Positions 44,819 through 54,899 of a DNA stretch of 64,000 nucleotides are shown here, in pieces. The translations under genes were made by a program, and so were the position numbers. The notes beneath the pieces are model-generated. The model was not told the DNA's origin. It saw nothing but the letters and a program-made list of their open reading frames with translations, and made no database searches. This stretch comes from Myxococcota bacterium (lineage in GTDB: Bacteria > Myxococcota > B64-G9). Numbering within the stretch: the stretch's first letter is position 1; each line of letters begins with the position of its first letter. Location: positions 8,176-72,175 of the forward strand of contig DATKYQ010000002.1 in NCBI GenBank assembly GCA_035528415.1, given 5' to 3'.

Positions 44819-44836
44819 ATACACAATATTGTATAT
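44819..44836 (+). promoter_or_regulatory. Palindromic putative operator (ATACACAATATTGTATAT, core ACAATATTGT) in an AT-rich promoter 12 bp upstream of the abiEi-like gene
   Basis: Perfect 10-bp palindrome at 44823-44832 with imperfect extensions. AbiEi antitoxins are known autorepressors that bind inverted repeats. Confidence 0.4.
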
Positions 44837-44847
44837 TTACTGTCGAT

Positions 44848-45444
44848 ATGAAAAATGACTTTAATGACAGCCTGTTGGTGTCTGACTTTGATGAAACGCT
44901 GGGCGGCGTGTTTATCATTTCCGATTTGGCAAACATGTTCGCTGAAGTCCATCGAACTGCTCTGTACCGACGAATAGATCGCCTGGTGGAACTCGGAATT
45001 CTATCTCGATTCTCCCGTGGAATATACATATCCAAGAACTATCAACGCGAAATCTTGTGTCAGAAACTAGCCCCGGATTCATACATCAGCTTTGGTAATA
45101 TTCTTGCGGATGCGCTTGTCATTGGCAGCAGGCCGGACTACCGGGTGGATGCCGTGAAAATCGGCAAGACGCGGGTTTACACCGACGGGAGACTGAGTAT
45201 TCGCCAGTTCGGCTGCACAAAGCATGTCTTCTTCGGGTATTCGAGAATACAGGGGGTTCAAAAAGCAAGCCCGGAAAAGGCCTTCTTGGACACCCTCTAT
45301 TTTTACCAACATGGAGCGAGATTCCATTTTGACATATACTCGGATGTGAACATGGATCTGCTAGATGGGAAAAAGTTGGCAGACTACCTTACTCGTTATT
45401 CAAACCCAAAGTTCGTACGATTCGCCACGAGGTTTGTCGGATGA
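44848..45444 (+). CDS. abiEi: AbiEi-like antitoxin/transcriptional regulator (type IV TA / abortive infection), wHTH
   Basis: N-terminal wHTH with the characteristic ...RLVELGILSRFSRGIYI motif. ~47% GC versus ~65% flanks. Overlaps the downstream nucleotidyltransferase gene by 4 bp. Confidence 0.65.
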   Translation: MKNDFNDSLLVSDFDETLGGVFIISDLANMFAEVHRTALYRRIDRLVELGILSRFSRGIYISKNYQREILCQKLAPDSYISFGNILADALVIGSRPDYRVDAVKIGKTRVYTDGRLSIRQFGCTKHVFFGYSRIQGVQKASPEKAFLDTLYFYQHGARFHFDIYSDVNMDLLDGKKLADYLTRYSNPKFVRFATRFVG

Positions 45445-46181
45445 CTCCCAGCCGAACTACGAATATGAGCGTCCATGAATTCATGATCTGGGTGATGCAC
45501 CGTTTTTCCGAAGTCTTTCGCGAGCATGCCGTTCTCAAGGGTGGGATGCAACTGATGCTTTTGAGTAGCGAGCGAGCGACAAACGATCTGGATTATGTCT
45601 TCGTGCCTTTCACGTCCAAGAAAGACATCGCCGCGCGCATCGAAGAAGTACTCGTGCAATTACCCGATGCGAGGGTGCGGGCAAGCCTGCACTCCAGCAG
45701 TGGAAGATTTCTGGTTACCCTAGGCGAGACCAGCGTGCAAATCGAGTTCAATGTATCGACCGATGTACCCACTGAACCGCTGACCACGGAACTCTTGGCC
45801 CGCAAGGCCGGGGTCTTGCCACGGGTAATTCGCGTCATGAGCAAGGATGTCGCCATGGCGAACAAGCTGGCGGCATGGAATGAGCGCCGCCTTGCCCGTG
45901 ATCTCTATGATATCTACTACTGGTATGCCCATCTGGATGTGCTGCCCGACCAGGATGCGCTAAACAGCAGACTGGCGAAAATCTCCTCTCGTTTGCCCAA
46001 GTTCAAGAACCTCAAACACATGAGCCAGGCCGAATTCTGGAAGGTTTTTCAAAATGAAGTTCATAACCTGGATGAAAAGGATTTTCTCGTGCAACTGGGC
46101 CCCCTGCTCCCAGCCCATCGTCTGGAGGGACTGATGCCCGTACTCAAGGTCAAGCTTTCCGAGCTGGCATATCGATACTAA
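45441..46181 (+). CDS. abiEii: AbiEii/AbiGii-family nucleotidyltransferase toxin (DUF1814)
   Basis: NTase motif LKGGMQLMLLSSERATNDLDYVF (hhLKGG.AL.....R.S.DLD). Size (246 aa) and pairing with an upstream AbiEi-like gene match the family. Confidence 0.7.
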   Translation: MTPSRTTNMSVHEFMIWVMHRFSEVFREHAVLKGGMQLMLLSSERATNDLDYVFVPFTSKKDIAARIEEVLVQLPDARVRASLHSSSGRFLVTLGETSVQIEFNVSTDVPTEPLTTELLARKAGVLPRVIRVMSKDVAMANKLAAWNERRLARDLYDIYYWYAHLDVLPDQDALNSRLAKISSRLPKFKNLKHMSQAEFWKVFQNEVHNLDEKDFLVQLGPLLPAHRLEGLMPVLKVKLSELAYRY

Positions 46182-46272
46182 ACACCTGTATCGGCAAATA
46201 CGTTTTTTCTCGACTGGCGCGGCCGGAGATGTTAATTATCGCCATCCTGTCGATCGGGAAGCGGGAGGCATC

Positions 46273-47365
46273 ATGTTCAGAGAGATCGTAGAGCGCCTGA
46301 AAAGTCTCCAGGAGAGACTGGTTGCGCTCAGGGGGCCTCTTTGACGTCGCCGGCAAGCAGGCGCGCGTCGCGGTCATAGACAAGGAGATGGAGCAGGCTT
46401 CCTTCTGGGACAACCCCAAGCGGGCCGGGGAGATCCAGAAAGAGCGGGCGGATCTGCTTGATACCGTCGAGAAATTTCTGGGCGCCGAGAAGAAGGTAAC
46501 CGAGGGACTAGAGCTTTGCGAGCTGGCCGCGGCCGAGGAGGACGCCGAGATGGGCCGCGAGCTCGAGAGAGATCTTGCGACGATTGAGAAGAAAGTGCGT
46601 GCCATGGAGCTTGCCCGCATGCTCACGGGGCCCAACGACCAGCGTGACGCCTTCGTCAGCATCAACTCCGGCGCGGGAGGCACCGAGTCTTGCGATTGGG
46701 CCAACATGCTGTTGCGCATGTACCTGCGCTACAGCGAGTCACGCGGTTGGGAGACGTCCATTACCGAATACCTGGCCGGCGACGAGGCGGGGGTCAAGTC
46801 GGTCACCTTCTCGGTAGAAGGCAAGGCCGCCTTCGGCTACCTGCGGGCCGAGGTGGGCATCCACCGCCTGGTACGCATCTCACCCTTCGACGCCGGAAAG
46901 CGCAGACACACCTCGTTCGCCAGCGTCTTCGTCTATCCCCAGGTTGATGATGATATAGAGATCGAGATCCGCGACGAGGATCTCAGGGTGGACACCTACC
47001 GCGCCTCGGGCGCCGGCGGACAGCACGTCAACAAGACCGACTCGGCCGTGCGCTTGACGCACCTGCCGACCGGCGTAGTGGCGGCCTGCCAGAACGAGCG
47101 CAGCCAGCATCGCAACAAGGCCATGGCCATGAAGGTACTCAAAAGTCGGCTCTACGACTTGGAAATGGAAAAACGCCGCGAGATCGAGGACGCCTTGCAT
47201 GCCCAGCAGAAGGAGATAGCATGGGGCTCCCAGATTCGCTCCTACGTGCTGCAACCCTACCGCATGGTCAAGGATCACCGCACCAAGCACGAGACCGGAA
47301 ACGTCGACCGGGTGCTCGACGGTGATCTCGACGATTTCATCGAGACCTACTTGCTCCAGGAGTAA
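46273..47365 (+). CDS. prfB: Peptide chain release factor 2, requires programmed +1 ribosomal frameshift at 46339-46345
   Basis: Frame 0 is MFREIVERLKSLQERLVALRGPL-stop. After CTT TGA C the +1 frame continues DVAGKQARVAVIDKEM... with RF2 motifs (SPF, GGQHVNKTDSAVR). Confidence 0.9.
46330..46345 (+). promoter_or_regulatory. prfB: prfB +1 frameshift cassette: internal SD-like AGGGGG, then CCT CTT TGA C
   Basis: Matches the canonical RF2 autoregulatory frameshift site (SD, 3-nt spacer, CUU UGA C). Confidence 0.85.
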
Positions 47366-47446
47366 CTTCGATCCGTAAACGGAATCATTTGGCTCTCCCG
47401 GTTGTTGTGGACGGGTACACCGGCAGTTCGCAGACCGTTACAGGTG

Positions 47447-47465
47447 CCCGAGATAGCGGGTTTTT
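47447..47465 (+). terminator. Weak candidate terminator (CCCG-AGATAG-CGGG then TTTTT) 80 nt after prfB
   Basis: Only a 4-bp GC stem, so low confidence. Confidence 0.25.
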
Positions 47466-47467
47466 CC

Positions 47468-47496
47468 TTGACCGGCTGTCCGGGATGGGCTATCTT
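47468..47496 (+). promoter_or_regulatory. Candidate sigma70-type promoter for lysS (TTGACC - 17 bp - TATCTT)
   Basis: -35 element at 47468-47473, -10 element at 47491-47496, 56 nt upstream of the lysS ATG. Confidence 0.35.
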
Positions 47497-47551
47497 ACGG
47501 CGATTTTGTGCCTGTAAAAACGCTTGGGAATCAATAGGTTATCCGGGAGAA

Positions 47552-49029
47552 GAATGGAAGATCAAGTTGCCCAGAGGCGTCGCAAGCTGGCCGAGCTGCG
47601 ATCCCGGGGCATTGCCCCCTATCCCAACGATTTCAACCCGGACTTTCTGGCGGCGGATGTCATTGCACGCTGCGGCGATCTCGATGGCGAGGGCCTTGAG
47701 CGGCTCGATACGAGCTTTTCGCTGGCCGGGCGGGTGATGGCCTTGCGCTCGTTCGGCAAGGCCGCCTTCCTGAAGATCGGCGATCGCTCCGGGCTGATCC
47801 AGGTCTATGCCCAGAAAGACGCGCTGGGTGACGAGGCATACGAGATATTCGCAAAGTTCATCGAGGTTGGGGACATAGTCGGCGTGCGCGGCAAGTCCAT
47901 GCGCACGCGCACCGGAGAACTGACCATCGGGGCCGATGTGCTGCGCCTGCTTTCTAAAAGCGTGCGTCCCTTGCCGGAGAAGTGGCACGGCCTGCGCGAT
48001 ATCGAGATACGCTACCGGCGCCGCTACCTCGACCTGATAGTCAACCGCGAAGTGGCCCAGCTGTTCGTCCTGCGCGCCGGGATCCTCAAGTTCATGCGAG
48101 CGTTTTTCGACGCGCGGGGATTTTTAGAGGTGGAGACACCCATGATGCACCCCCTGGCCGGCGGTGCCACGGCCAGGCCTTTCGTCACTCACCACAACGC
48201 CCTGGACATGGATCTCTACATGCGTGTGGCCCCCGAGCTATATCTCAAGCGCCTGCTGGTCGGAGGGCTCGAGCGGGTCTACGAGCTGAACCGCTGCTTC
48301 CGCAACGAGGGTATCTCCACCCAGCACAATCCCGAGTTCTCCATGCTCGAGTTCTACCAGGCATATGCCACCTACACCGACCTGATGGAGCTGACAGAGG
48401 AGCTGCTCGGCTCGCTGGCCGAGGATATCGTACACACCCGGTGCTTGAGCTACCAGGGCGTGGAGGTCAGTCTAGAGACGCCGTTTGAGCGCATGACGGT
48501 CAAGGGCGGCTTGGCAGCGGCACTTGGGGTCGACCAGGCGCGCCTTGACGAGCCCGCTTTTCTTGCGCAAACCGCGGACAGGCTCGGAATCACCGTCGAG
48601 CCCGGCACGCCGGCAGGGCAATTGCTGATGGCATTGTTCGAAGAGAAGGTCGAGACCAGCCTGATCCAGCCGACTTTCGTCCATGATTTCCCGCTGGCCG
48701 TGTCGCCCCTCTCCCGTAAGAAAGACGGGCAGCCGGATCTGGTGGATCGTTTCGAACTCTACATCGCCGGCCGCGAGATGGCCAACGCCTTTTCAGAACT
48801 GAACGATCCGGACGATCAACGCGAACGCTTCGCCGCGCAGATGGAGGCCAAGGCCAGGGGTGACCAGGAGGCCATGCCCTACGACGAGGACTATGTCGAG
48901 GCCCTGGAGTACGGCATGCCGCCGGCGGGGGGCGAAGGAATCGGCATCGATCGCCTGGTAATGCTTTTTACGGATGCACCTTCCATCAGGGACGTGATCC
49001 TGTTTCCCCTTTTGAGGCCCCGGCAGTAG
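47552..49029 (+). CDS. lysS: Lysine--tRNA ligase (class II)
   Basis: GGGAGAAG RBS. Anticodon-binding OB domain. Class II motifs ([28 protein letters not shown]). Confidence 0.9.
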
Positions 49030-49079
49030 ACGGCGGCGAGCAAGAGTCGCACTCCGGCTCGCCGTGCTCGGAGGAGCAC

Positions 49080-50939
49080 TTGGAAAAGCGCCGTACCTGG
49101 AAATCGTTCTGGCTTGTCACGACGACAGGTGTGCTTTTGACGCTGGGGTTTCTGCTGGGCGGAGAGTACCTGCTGCGGGTCGGCTGGAAGGGTGTCAACA
49201 TGTCCACCGACACCATGGCCTATCTGTTTCTGGCCGGGGAAGGCATGCTGATCGGCGGTCTGCTCGGCCTGATGGTGGGCTACTATCCGTCGCTGGAAGG
49301 TCTCATCTGCAGCCTGGTAATAGTTGTGCGCTTGCTGGTCAGGGACGATTTCCAGTTGGGCCTCGATAATTTCGTCGAGGTGCTGCTCAAGTTCGAGTCG
49401 CACTTCGCCATGCTCTACCTTACGGCCTTCGTCCTGTTCTTGGCGCGCGGCGGCGGCCTGTACTACCCCTTCTTCGTCGGGATGCGTTACCTGCGCTTCA
49501 AGATGATCACCGCTATCTCCGTGGCCGGCGTGGCCCTGGGCGTTGCGGCCATGGTGGTGGTGCTGAGCGTGATGAGCGGGTTCGAGATGGATCTCAAGGA
49601 CAAGATCGTCGGAACCAACGCCCACGCCATTGTGCAGAAGCGCGGGCTGGATTTCAGCGAGTGGCCGCTGGTGATCGAGAAGGCCAAGCATACACCAGGC
49701 GTGCTGGCCGCCACCCCCTTCGTCTACAACGAGGTGATGGTGTCTTCCGAGTTCAACATCTCCGGCGTCTTCATCAAGGGCATCGATCCGCTAAGCGCGG
49801 GAAAAGTGACAGACCTGGACAGCAGCATCGAAGAAGGCGAACTGCGGCTGCTGCTTCACCCGGAGGAGATCGACGCTTACATTGAGAAGCAGCGCCGGGC
49901 TCGCAAACTGCGGCGAGAGAAGAAAGCCTCAGAGGCCGAACAGGCCGACGGGGGAAGCGCTGCCGACAGGCCCGCCGATGGCAATGCTCATGCCGACGCA
50001 GGCGCCGAGGACCAGCCGCGCCCAAAAGAGCAAGATAAACCCGCACAGGGGAACATCGACATCATCGATAGCGTTCCCCCTGCCCATGCCGCGGGAGAGG
50101 TGCCGGCGCCGGCGCCGCTGTCGCTCGAGCAGCGGGCCGACAAGACCCCGGCGATCTTCATCGGCAAGGAGCTTCTGAAGATCCTCAAGGTGCGTCTCGG
50201 CGACCGGGTCAACATTGTCTCGCCCCTGAGCGAAGAGCTCGGGCCGAGCGGGCCGGTGCCCAGGGCGCGCTCATTCCGGGTGGCCGGCGTGTTCGTTACC
50301 GGGATGTACGAGTACGACGCCAAGTCGGTCTATATATCCTTGAAGGAAGCCCAGGGATTCTTCGGCATGGGTGATGCAGTGACCGGCGTGGCCTTGAGGT
50401 TCAATAACATCGATCGAGCGGCAGCCATCTGCAAGGAGATCATATCGACCCTGGACGGCTATCCCTACTTTACGCGGACCTGGTACCAAATGAACAAGAA
50501 TCTCTTCACCGCTTTAAAGATGGAGAAGGTCGGCATGTTCATACTGGTGGTGATCGTCACCCTGGTCTCGGCCTTCGGCATCATCTCCACTTTAATCATG
50601 CTCGTCTGGGAAAAGGTCAAGGAGATTGCCATCCTCAAGTCGATGGGCTCCACCGGGGACGGAGTGATGAAGATCTTCATGTTCGAGGGAATAACCATCG
50701 GGATGGTCGGAACCGGCCTGGGATTGTTGCTTGGCTGGGGTGTTTGCATCCTGCTCAGGCGCTTCGGGATGCAACTCGATCCGGAGGTCTACTATATAGA
50801 GAACCTGCCGGTAAACATGGACCTGTTCGAGTTCATCTTGATTGCCGGCATCGCCTTGCATATAAGCTTCATTGCGACGATCTATCCTTCGCGCCGGGCC
50901 TCACGCCTGAGCCCGGCCGAAGGATTGCGCTATGATTGA
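49080..50939 (+). CDS. lolE: Lipoprotein-releasing system permease LolC/LolE (FtsX family), with an N-terminal extension or misplaced start and a low-complexity periplasmic insert
   Basis: Canonical LolC/E N-terminus corresponds to ...FFVGMRYLRFKMITAISVAGVALGVAAMVVVLSVMSGFE (ATG 49482). The in-frame upstream 135 codons (TTG 49080 or ATG 49198) are hydrophobic and may be a genuine extension. Ala/Asp/Glu-rich insert around residues 260-330. Confidence 0.7.
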   Translation: MEKRRTWKSFWLVTTTGVLLTLGFLLGGEYLLRVGWKGVNMSTDTMAYLFLAGEGMLIGGLLGLMVGYYPSLEGLICSLVIVVRLLVRDDFQLGLDNFVEVLLKFESHFAMLYLTAFVLFLARGGGLYYPFFVGMRYLRFKMITAISVAGVALGVAAMVVVLSVMSGFEMDLKDKIVGTNAHAIVQKRGLDFSEWPLVIEKAKHTPGVLAATPFVYNEVMVSSEFNISGVFIKGIDPLSAGKVTDLDSSIEEGELRLLLHPEEIDAYIEKQRRARKLRREKKASEAEQADGGSAADRPADGNAHADAGAEDQPRPKEQDKPAQGNIDIIDSVPPAHAAGEVPAPAPLSLEQRADKTPAIFIGKELLKILKVRLGDRVNIVSPLSEELGPSGPVPRARSFRVAGVFVTGMYEYDAKSVYISLKEAQGFFGMGDAVTGVALRFNNIDRAAAICKEIISTLDGYPYFTRTWYQMNKNLFTALKMEKVGMFILVVIVTLVSAFGIISTLIMLVWEKVKEIAILKSMGSTGDGVMKIFMFEGITIGMVGTGLGLLLGWGVCILLRRFGMQLDPEVYYIENLPVNMDLFEFILIAGIALHISFIATIYPSRRASRLSPAEGLRYD

Positions 50940-50950
50940 GGGGTTGAGTC

Positions 50951-51661
50951 TTGAAAACCCTTGTTGAAGTGGATGGCCTGGCAAAGAGTTACCAGCTAGG
51001 TGGAAAAATCATCGAGGTGCTGAAAAACATCCGATTCTCGGTGAGCTCCGAGGAGATGGTTGCAGTGCTGGGACCCTCGGGCGCCGGCAAGAGCACCTTG
51101 CTGCACATCCTGGGGACGCTCGACACTCCTGACGCGGGCAGGCTGTCGATCGACGGCCGCGACATGAGCAGGCTTTCGCCCGACGCCTTGGCGTCTTTCA
51201 GAAACAAGATGATAGGTTTCGTCTTCCAGTTTCATCACCTGTTGCCCGAGTTCACGGCCCTCGAAAACACTATGATGCCGGCGCTCGTTCAGCGAACCGG
51301 GCGCCGGCAGGCGGCCGGCATGGCCCGCGACATCCTGGAACAGGTCGGCCTCAGCCGGCGACTGAATCACAGACCGGTGGAGCTATCGGGCGGCGAGCGG
51401 CAACGAGTGGCACTGGCCCGGGCACTCGTCTTGAAGCCACGCTTGCTGTTGGCTGACGAACCCACCGGCAACCTTGACGAGAAGACAGGCGAGGGTATCA
51501 ATGAACTGCTGTTTGATCTCAACCGCAGGCTGGGAATGACCACCGTAATCGTGACCCACAATCCCAAGCTGGCTGCCGGGTTGAACAGGAGTTTACGCTT
51601 GCTGGACGGCCGGATAATCGAGCATGATGCCGGGGTGGGCGAAGGGAAGGAACTGCAATGA
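50951..51661 (+). CDS. lolD: Lipoprotein-releasing system ATP-binding protein LolD
   Basis: Walker [10 protein letters not shown]. Signature [15 protein letters not shown]. Walker [13 protein letters not shown]. Confidence 0.9.
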   Translation: MKTLVEVDGLAKSYQLGGKIIEVLKNIRFSVSSEEMVAVLGPSGAGKSTLLHILGTLDTPDAGRLSIDGRDMSRLSPDALASFRNKMIGFVFQFHHLLPEFTALENTMMPALVQRTGRRQAAGMARDILEQVGLSRRLNHRPVELSGGERQRVALARALVLKPRLLLADEPTGNLDEKTGEGINELLFDLNRRLGMTTVIVTHNPKLAAGLNRSLRLLDGRIIEHDAGVGEGKELQ

Positions 51662-54243
51662 AGGGACACCGGGGCGGCCTCCTGGAAATCGTCGCCGTGC
51701 TGACATGCCTGGTTTGGCTGCGGCCCGCCTGGGCGGGGGACCTGCAGGCTGTCGAAATACAGGGCAACAAGCGGGTCGAGTCGGACGCCGTGCGCCTGGT
51801 AGTGACCTCTCAGCCGGGCGAGCCCCTGGATTCCTCCAAGGTGGGCCGGGACATCAAGGCCATCTTCGGGCTGGGGTATTTCGACGACGTCCGCGCCGAG
51901 GTCGACCAGAAGCAGCAAGGCGAGGTCCTCGTTTTCATCGTCCGAGAAAAACCCTCCATCGCCAAGATCGATTACCGCGGCAATGACGAGGTCGACCTGG
52001 ACAAGATCAAGGAAGTCGTCGATATCCAGCCACTGTCCGTGCTGGATGTCGCCAAGATCAAGAAGAACGCGCAGAAGATCAAGGAGCTATACGTAGAAAA
52101 GGGCTTCTTTATGGCCGACGTTGGCTACGAGTTGAAGAAGCTGCAAAAGAACAGGGTCTCGCTCACCTTTGTGATCAACGAGCGGGCCAAGGTTGAAATC
52201 CGGCGCATCACCTTCAGCGGCAACAAGCGCATCGGCACAGAAGAGCTCAAGGACATCATGGAGACGCGCGAGGGCGGTTTTTTCTCTTGGCTGACCGGCG
52301 CGGGGACCTTCAAGCAGGAGGGGCTCAAGCGCGACCTGATGCGTATCAACCAGTATTACTACGACCACGGCTTCATCAACGTCAAGGTGTCCGAGCCGGT
52401 GACCGAGATCAGCCGCGATCGCAAGAGCCTCTACTTGACCATCTCCGTGGAAGAAGGCGAACAGTACCGCTTCGGCAACATGGATTTCGCAGGCGACTTG
52501 CTGTGCAATGATCGCCAACTGCTCGATCGTATCGAGACCGCCATCGACGACGGCGGAGTAGGGTTGCCCCTTTCGCGCGAATTAGCGCTCGAATTGCGCA
52601 AGCGGATGAGCGACAAGGAGATGGCCGCATTGAAGATCTCGGTTCTCTCCGCGCTCGAGCAGGAGGTCACAAAGCGCATCTATAAAGGGATCTGGGAGGA
52701 AAACCAGCCGCCGCGGCCAAAGAGCGGGCTTTTGCGCGAGCGGGTCCGCACGGAGCTTCTTGCGCGCCTGAAGACGGACGTCCTGAAAATGCTTTTACTG
52801 ATCAAACCTGGCGAGATCTTCAACCGCACCAATCTCGGTATGAGCATGTTCCGTATCCAGGACATCTATAAGGATCGAGGCTTCGCTTACGTGGAGGTCG
52901 TGCCCAGCACGAACGTCGACGCCGAGGCCAGGATCGCCGACATCAAGTTCAACATCCAGAAGGGCTCGAAGGTATTCATCGAGGAGATCGAGATCGAGGG
53001 CAATGTCAAGACCCGCGACAAGGTCATCCGGCGACAACTGCGGGTCTACGAGGGCGAGTACTATTCAGGGACGGGACTGGCGATTTCCCACCGCCGGGTG
53101 AACAGCATGGGATTCTTCGAGAAAGTGGAGATCTCAGAGTCGAAAGGCAGCCGGCCCGACCGCATTGTCATCAAGGTCAAGGTCAAGGAGCGCCCCACCG
53201 GCACATTCCAGATCGGCGCCGGGTTCTCCTCGGTGGAAAACTTCATAGCCACGGCGCAGATCTCGCAGCAGAACCTCTTTGGCCGCGGCCAGACGCTGGC
53301 ACTGATGGCCCAACTTTCCAGCCTGCGTCAGCTCTTCTCGCTGAGCTTCATCGAACCCTACTTCCTGGACACGAACTGGTACTTCGGCTTCCGCGTCTTC
53401 AACACCCAGCTCGACTACTACACCTTCGTGCGCAAGGCGAGCGGCGGCGATTTGACCCTGGGCTACGAGTTCATCGACGACTGGCGCTTGTCCCTGACCT
53501 ATACGCTGGAGAACGTGGACGTATCCGAGCGCGGCGGAATGAGGTACTACAATCTCTTCTCGGACGGCTGGACTTCGAGCCTGCGCCTGACGATCTCCTG
53601 GGACACGCGCGACAACCGCCTGTTTCCCACCAGCGGCCACCTCTTGCAGGGGTCGGTGGAGCACGCCAGCAAGTACACCTTCAGCGAGAACGAGTTCACC
53701 AGGCTGTCCTGGGTGACCCGTTACTACTGGCCGGTGATCTGGGGCATTGTCTTGAAGAGCAACATCACCCTGGGTTACATCACGCCGGGCGCGCCCATCT
53801 TCGAGAAGTACTTCGTCGGCGGCATCTACACGGTGCGCGGTTACGAGCCGCGCTCGATCGGTCCCAGGCAAGATCTGGCGGCCGAGAAATGGGCGCCGGG
53901 CTCCTACCTGACTCCCTCCAGCGTGGGCGGCAACAAGCAGGTGATCGGCAATATCGAACTGGAATTTCCGATCTTCCCGCAGGTCAACATCCGCGGCGTG
54001 ATCTTCCTCGACGCCGGCAGCTCCTATGGCGAGGGAGAACACATCTTCTCGGAGCGTTACTCGGAGGACGCCGACAAGAACCGGCTCAAGGAGACCTGGC
54101 TCGGCATGTACTGGTCGACGGGATTCGGCTTCCGCTGGTTCTCGCCGATCGGCCCCCTGCGCTTCGAGTGGGGCATCCCGCTGACGCCCCGGCCGGGCGA
54201 CAAGGATATTCTGTTCGAGTTTACGATTGGCAACTTTTTCTGA
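51658..54243 (+). CDS. bamA: Outer membrane protein assembly factor BamA (Omp85), with ~100-aa insertion in the POTRA region
   Basis: Signal peptide and POTRA repeats. C-terminal Omp85 barrel ending ...EFTIGNFF. Confidence 0.9.
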   Translation: MKGHRGGLLEIVAVLTCLVWLRPAWAGDLQAVEIQGNKRVESDAVRLVVTSQPGEPLDSSKVGRDIKAIFGLGYFDDVRAEVDQKQQGEVLVFIVREKPSIAKIDYRGNDEVDLDKIKEVVDIQPLSVLDVAKIKKNAQKIKELYVEKGFFMADVGYELKKLQKNRVSLTFVINERAKVEIRRITFSGNKRIGTEELKDIMETREGGFFSWLTGAGTFKQEGLKRDLMRINQYYYDHGFINVKVSEPVTEISRDRKSLYLTISVEEGEQYRFGNMDFAGDLLCNDRQLLDRIETAIDDGGVGLPLSRELALELRKRMSDKEMAALKISVLSALEQEVTKRIYKGIWEENQPPRPKSGLLRERVRTELLARLKTDVLKMLLLIKPGEIFNRTNLGMSMFRIQDIYKDRGFAYVEVVPSTNVDAEARIADIKFNIQKGSKVFIEEIEIEGNVKTRDKVIRRQLRVYEGEYYSGTGLAISHRRVNSMGFFEKVEISESKGSRPDRIVIKVKVKERPTGTFQIGAGFSSVENFIATAQISQQNLFGRGQTLALMAQLSSLRQLFSLSFIEPYFLDTNWYFGFRVFNTQLDYYTFVRKASGGDLTLGYEFIDDWRLSLTYTLENVDVSERGGMRYYNLFSDGWTSSLRLTISWDTRDNRLFPTSGHLLQGSVEHASKYTFSENEFTRLSWVTRYYWPVIWGIVLKSNITLGYITPGAPIFEKYFVGGIYTVRGYEPRSIGPRQDLAAEKWAPGSYLTPSSVGGNKQVIGNIELEFPIFPQVNIRGVIFLDAGSSYGEGEHIFSERYSEDADKNRLKETWLGMYWSTGFGFRWFSPIGPLRFEWGIPLTPRPGDKDILFEFTIGNFF

Positions 54244-54343
54244 TAAAGGCGAGGAAGAAGTTTGAATTTGAAAAGGGGCAAAGGAGTCGAACCAGAACAG
54301 ACAGCCGACCGGAATGGTCGGGAAATCACAGAGAGGATGAGAG

Positions 54344-54896
54344 CATGAAGATCGGCAGATATGTGTTGAGTAGCTCACTGGTTATTGCGCTTGGCCTGGG
54401 TATCTGGACGTCGCCGGCAGCGGCGCAGCAGAAGATCGGGTACGTCAACGTGAGCCATGTGTTCGAGAGCACCAACGAGGGCAAGGCGATCCTGAAACGG
54501 CTGAAGTCCGAACACCTGAAAAAGCAGAAAGAGTTGGACACGCGCATGAAGACTTTTCAGGGAAAGGCGCAGCAGTTCCAGCAGCAGTCGGCCATGTTGA
54601 AAGAAGACGTGCGCAAGGAACGCATACAGCAGTTGTCCAAGGAGGAGCAGCAGCTCCAGGCGCTTTTCATGCAGTACCAGAACGATATCAACAAGAAAAA
54701 AAGCGAGGCCTTGGGAAAGTTCGAGCAAAAGGTGATGGTCGTCGTCCAGATAGTCGCCAAGCGCGAGGGCCTCGACTACATCCTGCGCCAGGAGGTGCTC
54801 CTGTTCGGGCCGGACAAGATGGACATGACCAATCAGGTCATCCGCGAGTACGACAAGCGTCACGCGGCGAAATCCGAGAAAAAGAAAGGCAAGTGA
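54344..54896 (+). CDS. skp: Periplasmic chaperone Skp (OmpH)
   Basis: Signal peptide MKIGRYVLSSSLVIALGLGIWTSPAAA. Coiled-coil Gln/Lys-rich body. Located between bamA and lpxD. Confidence 0.8.
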
Positions 54897-54899
54897 TCC

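Noticed and set aside
46150-46719. 189-aa minus-strand ORF overlapping the prfB 5' region
   Set aside because: Ser/Ala-rich low-complexity translation. The region is occupied by the prfB frameshift cassette and RF2 N-terminus.
53134-54378. 414-aa minus-strand ORF antisense to bamA/skp
   Set aside because: bamA and skp on the + strand are unambiguous. The antisense frame is Arg/Ala/Gly-rich shadow.
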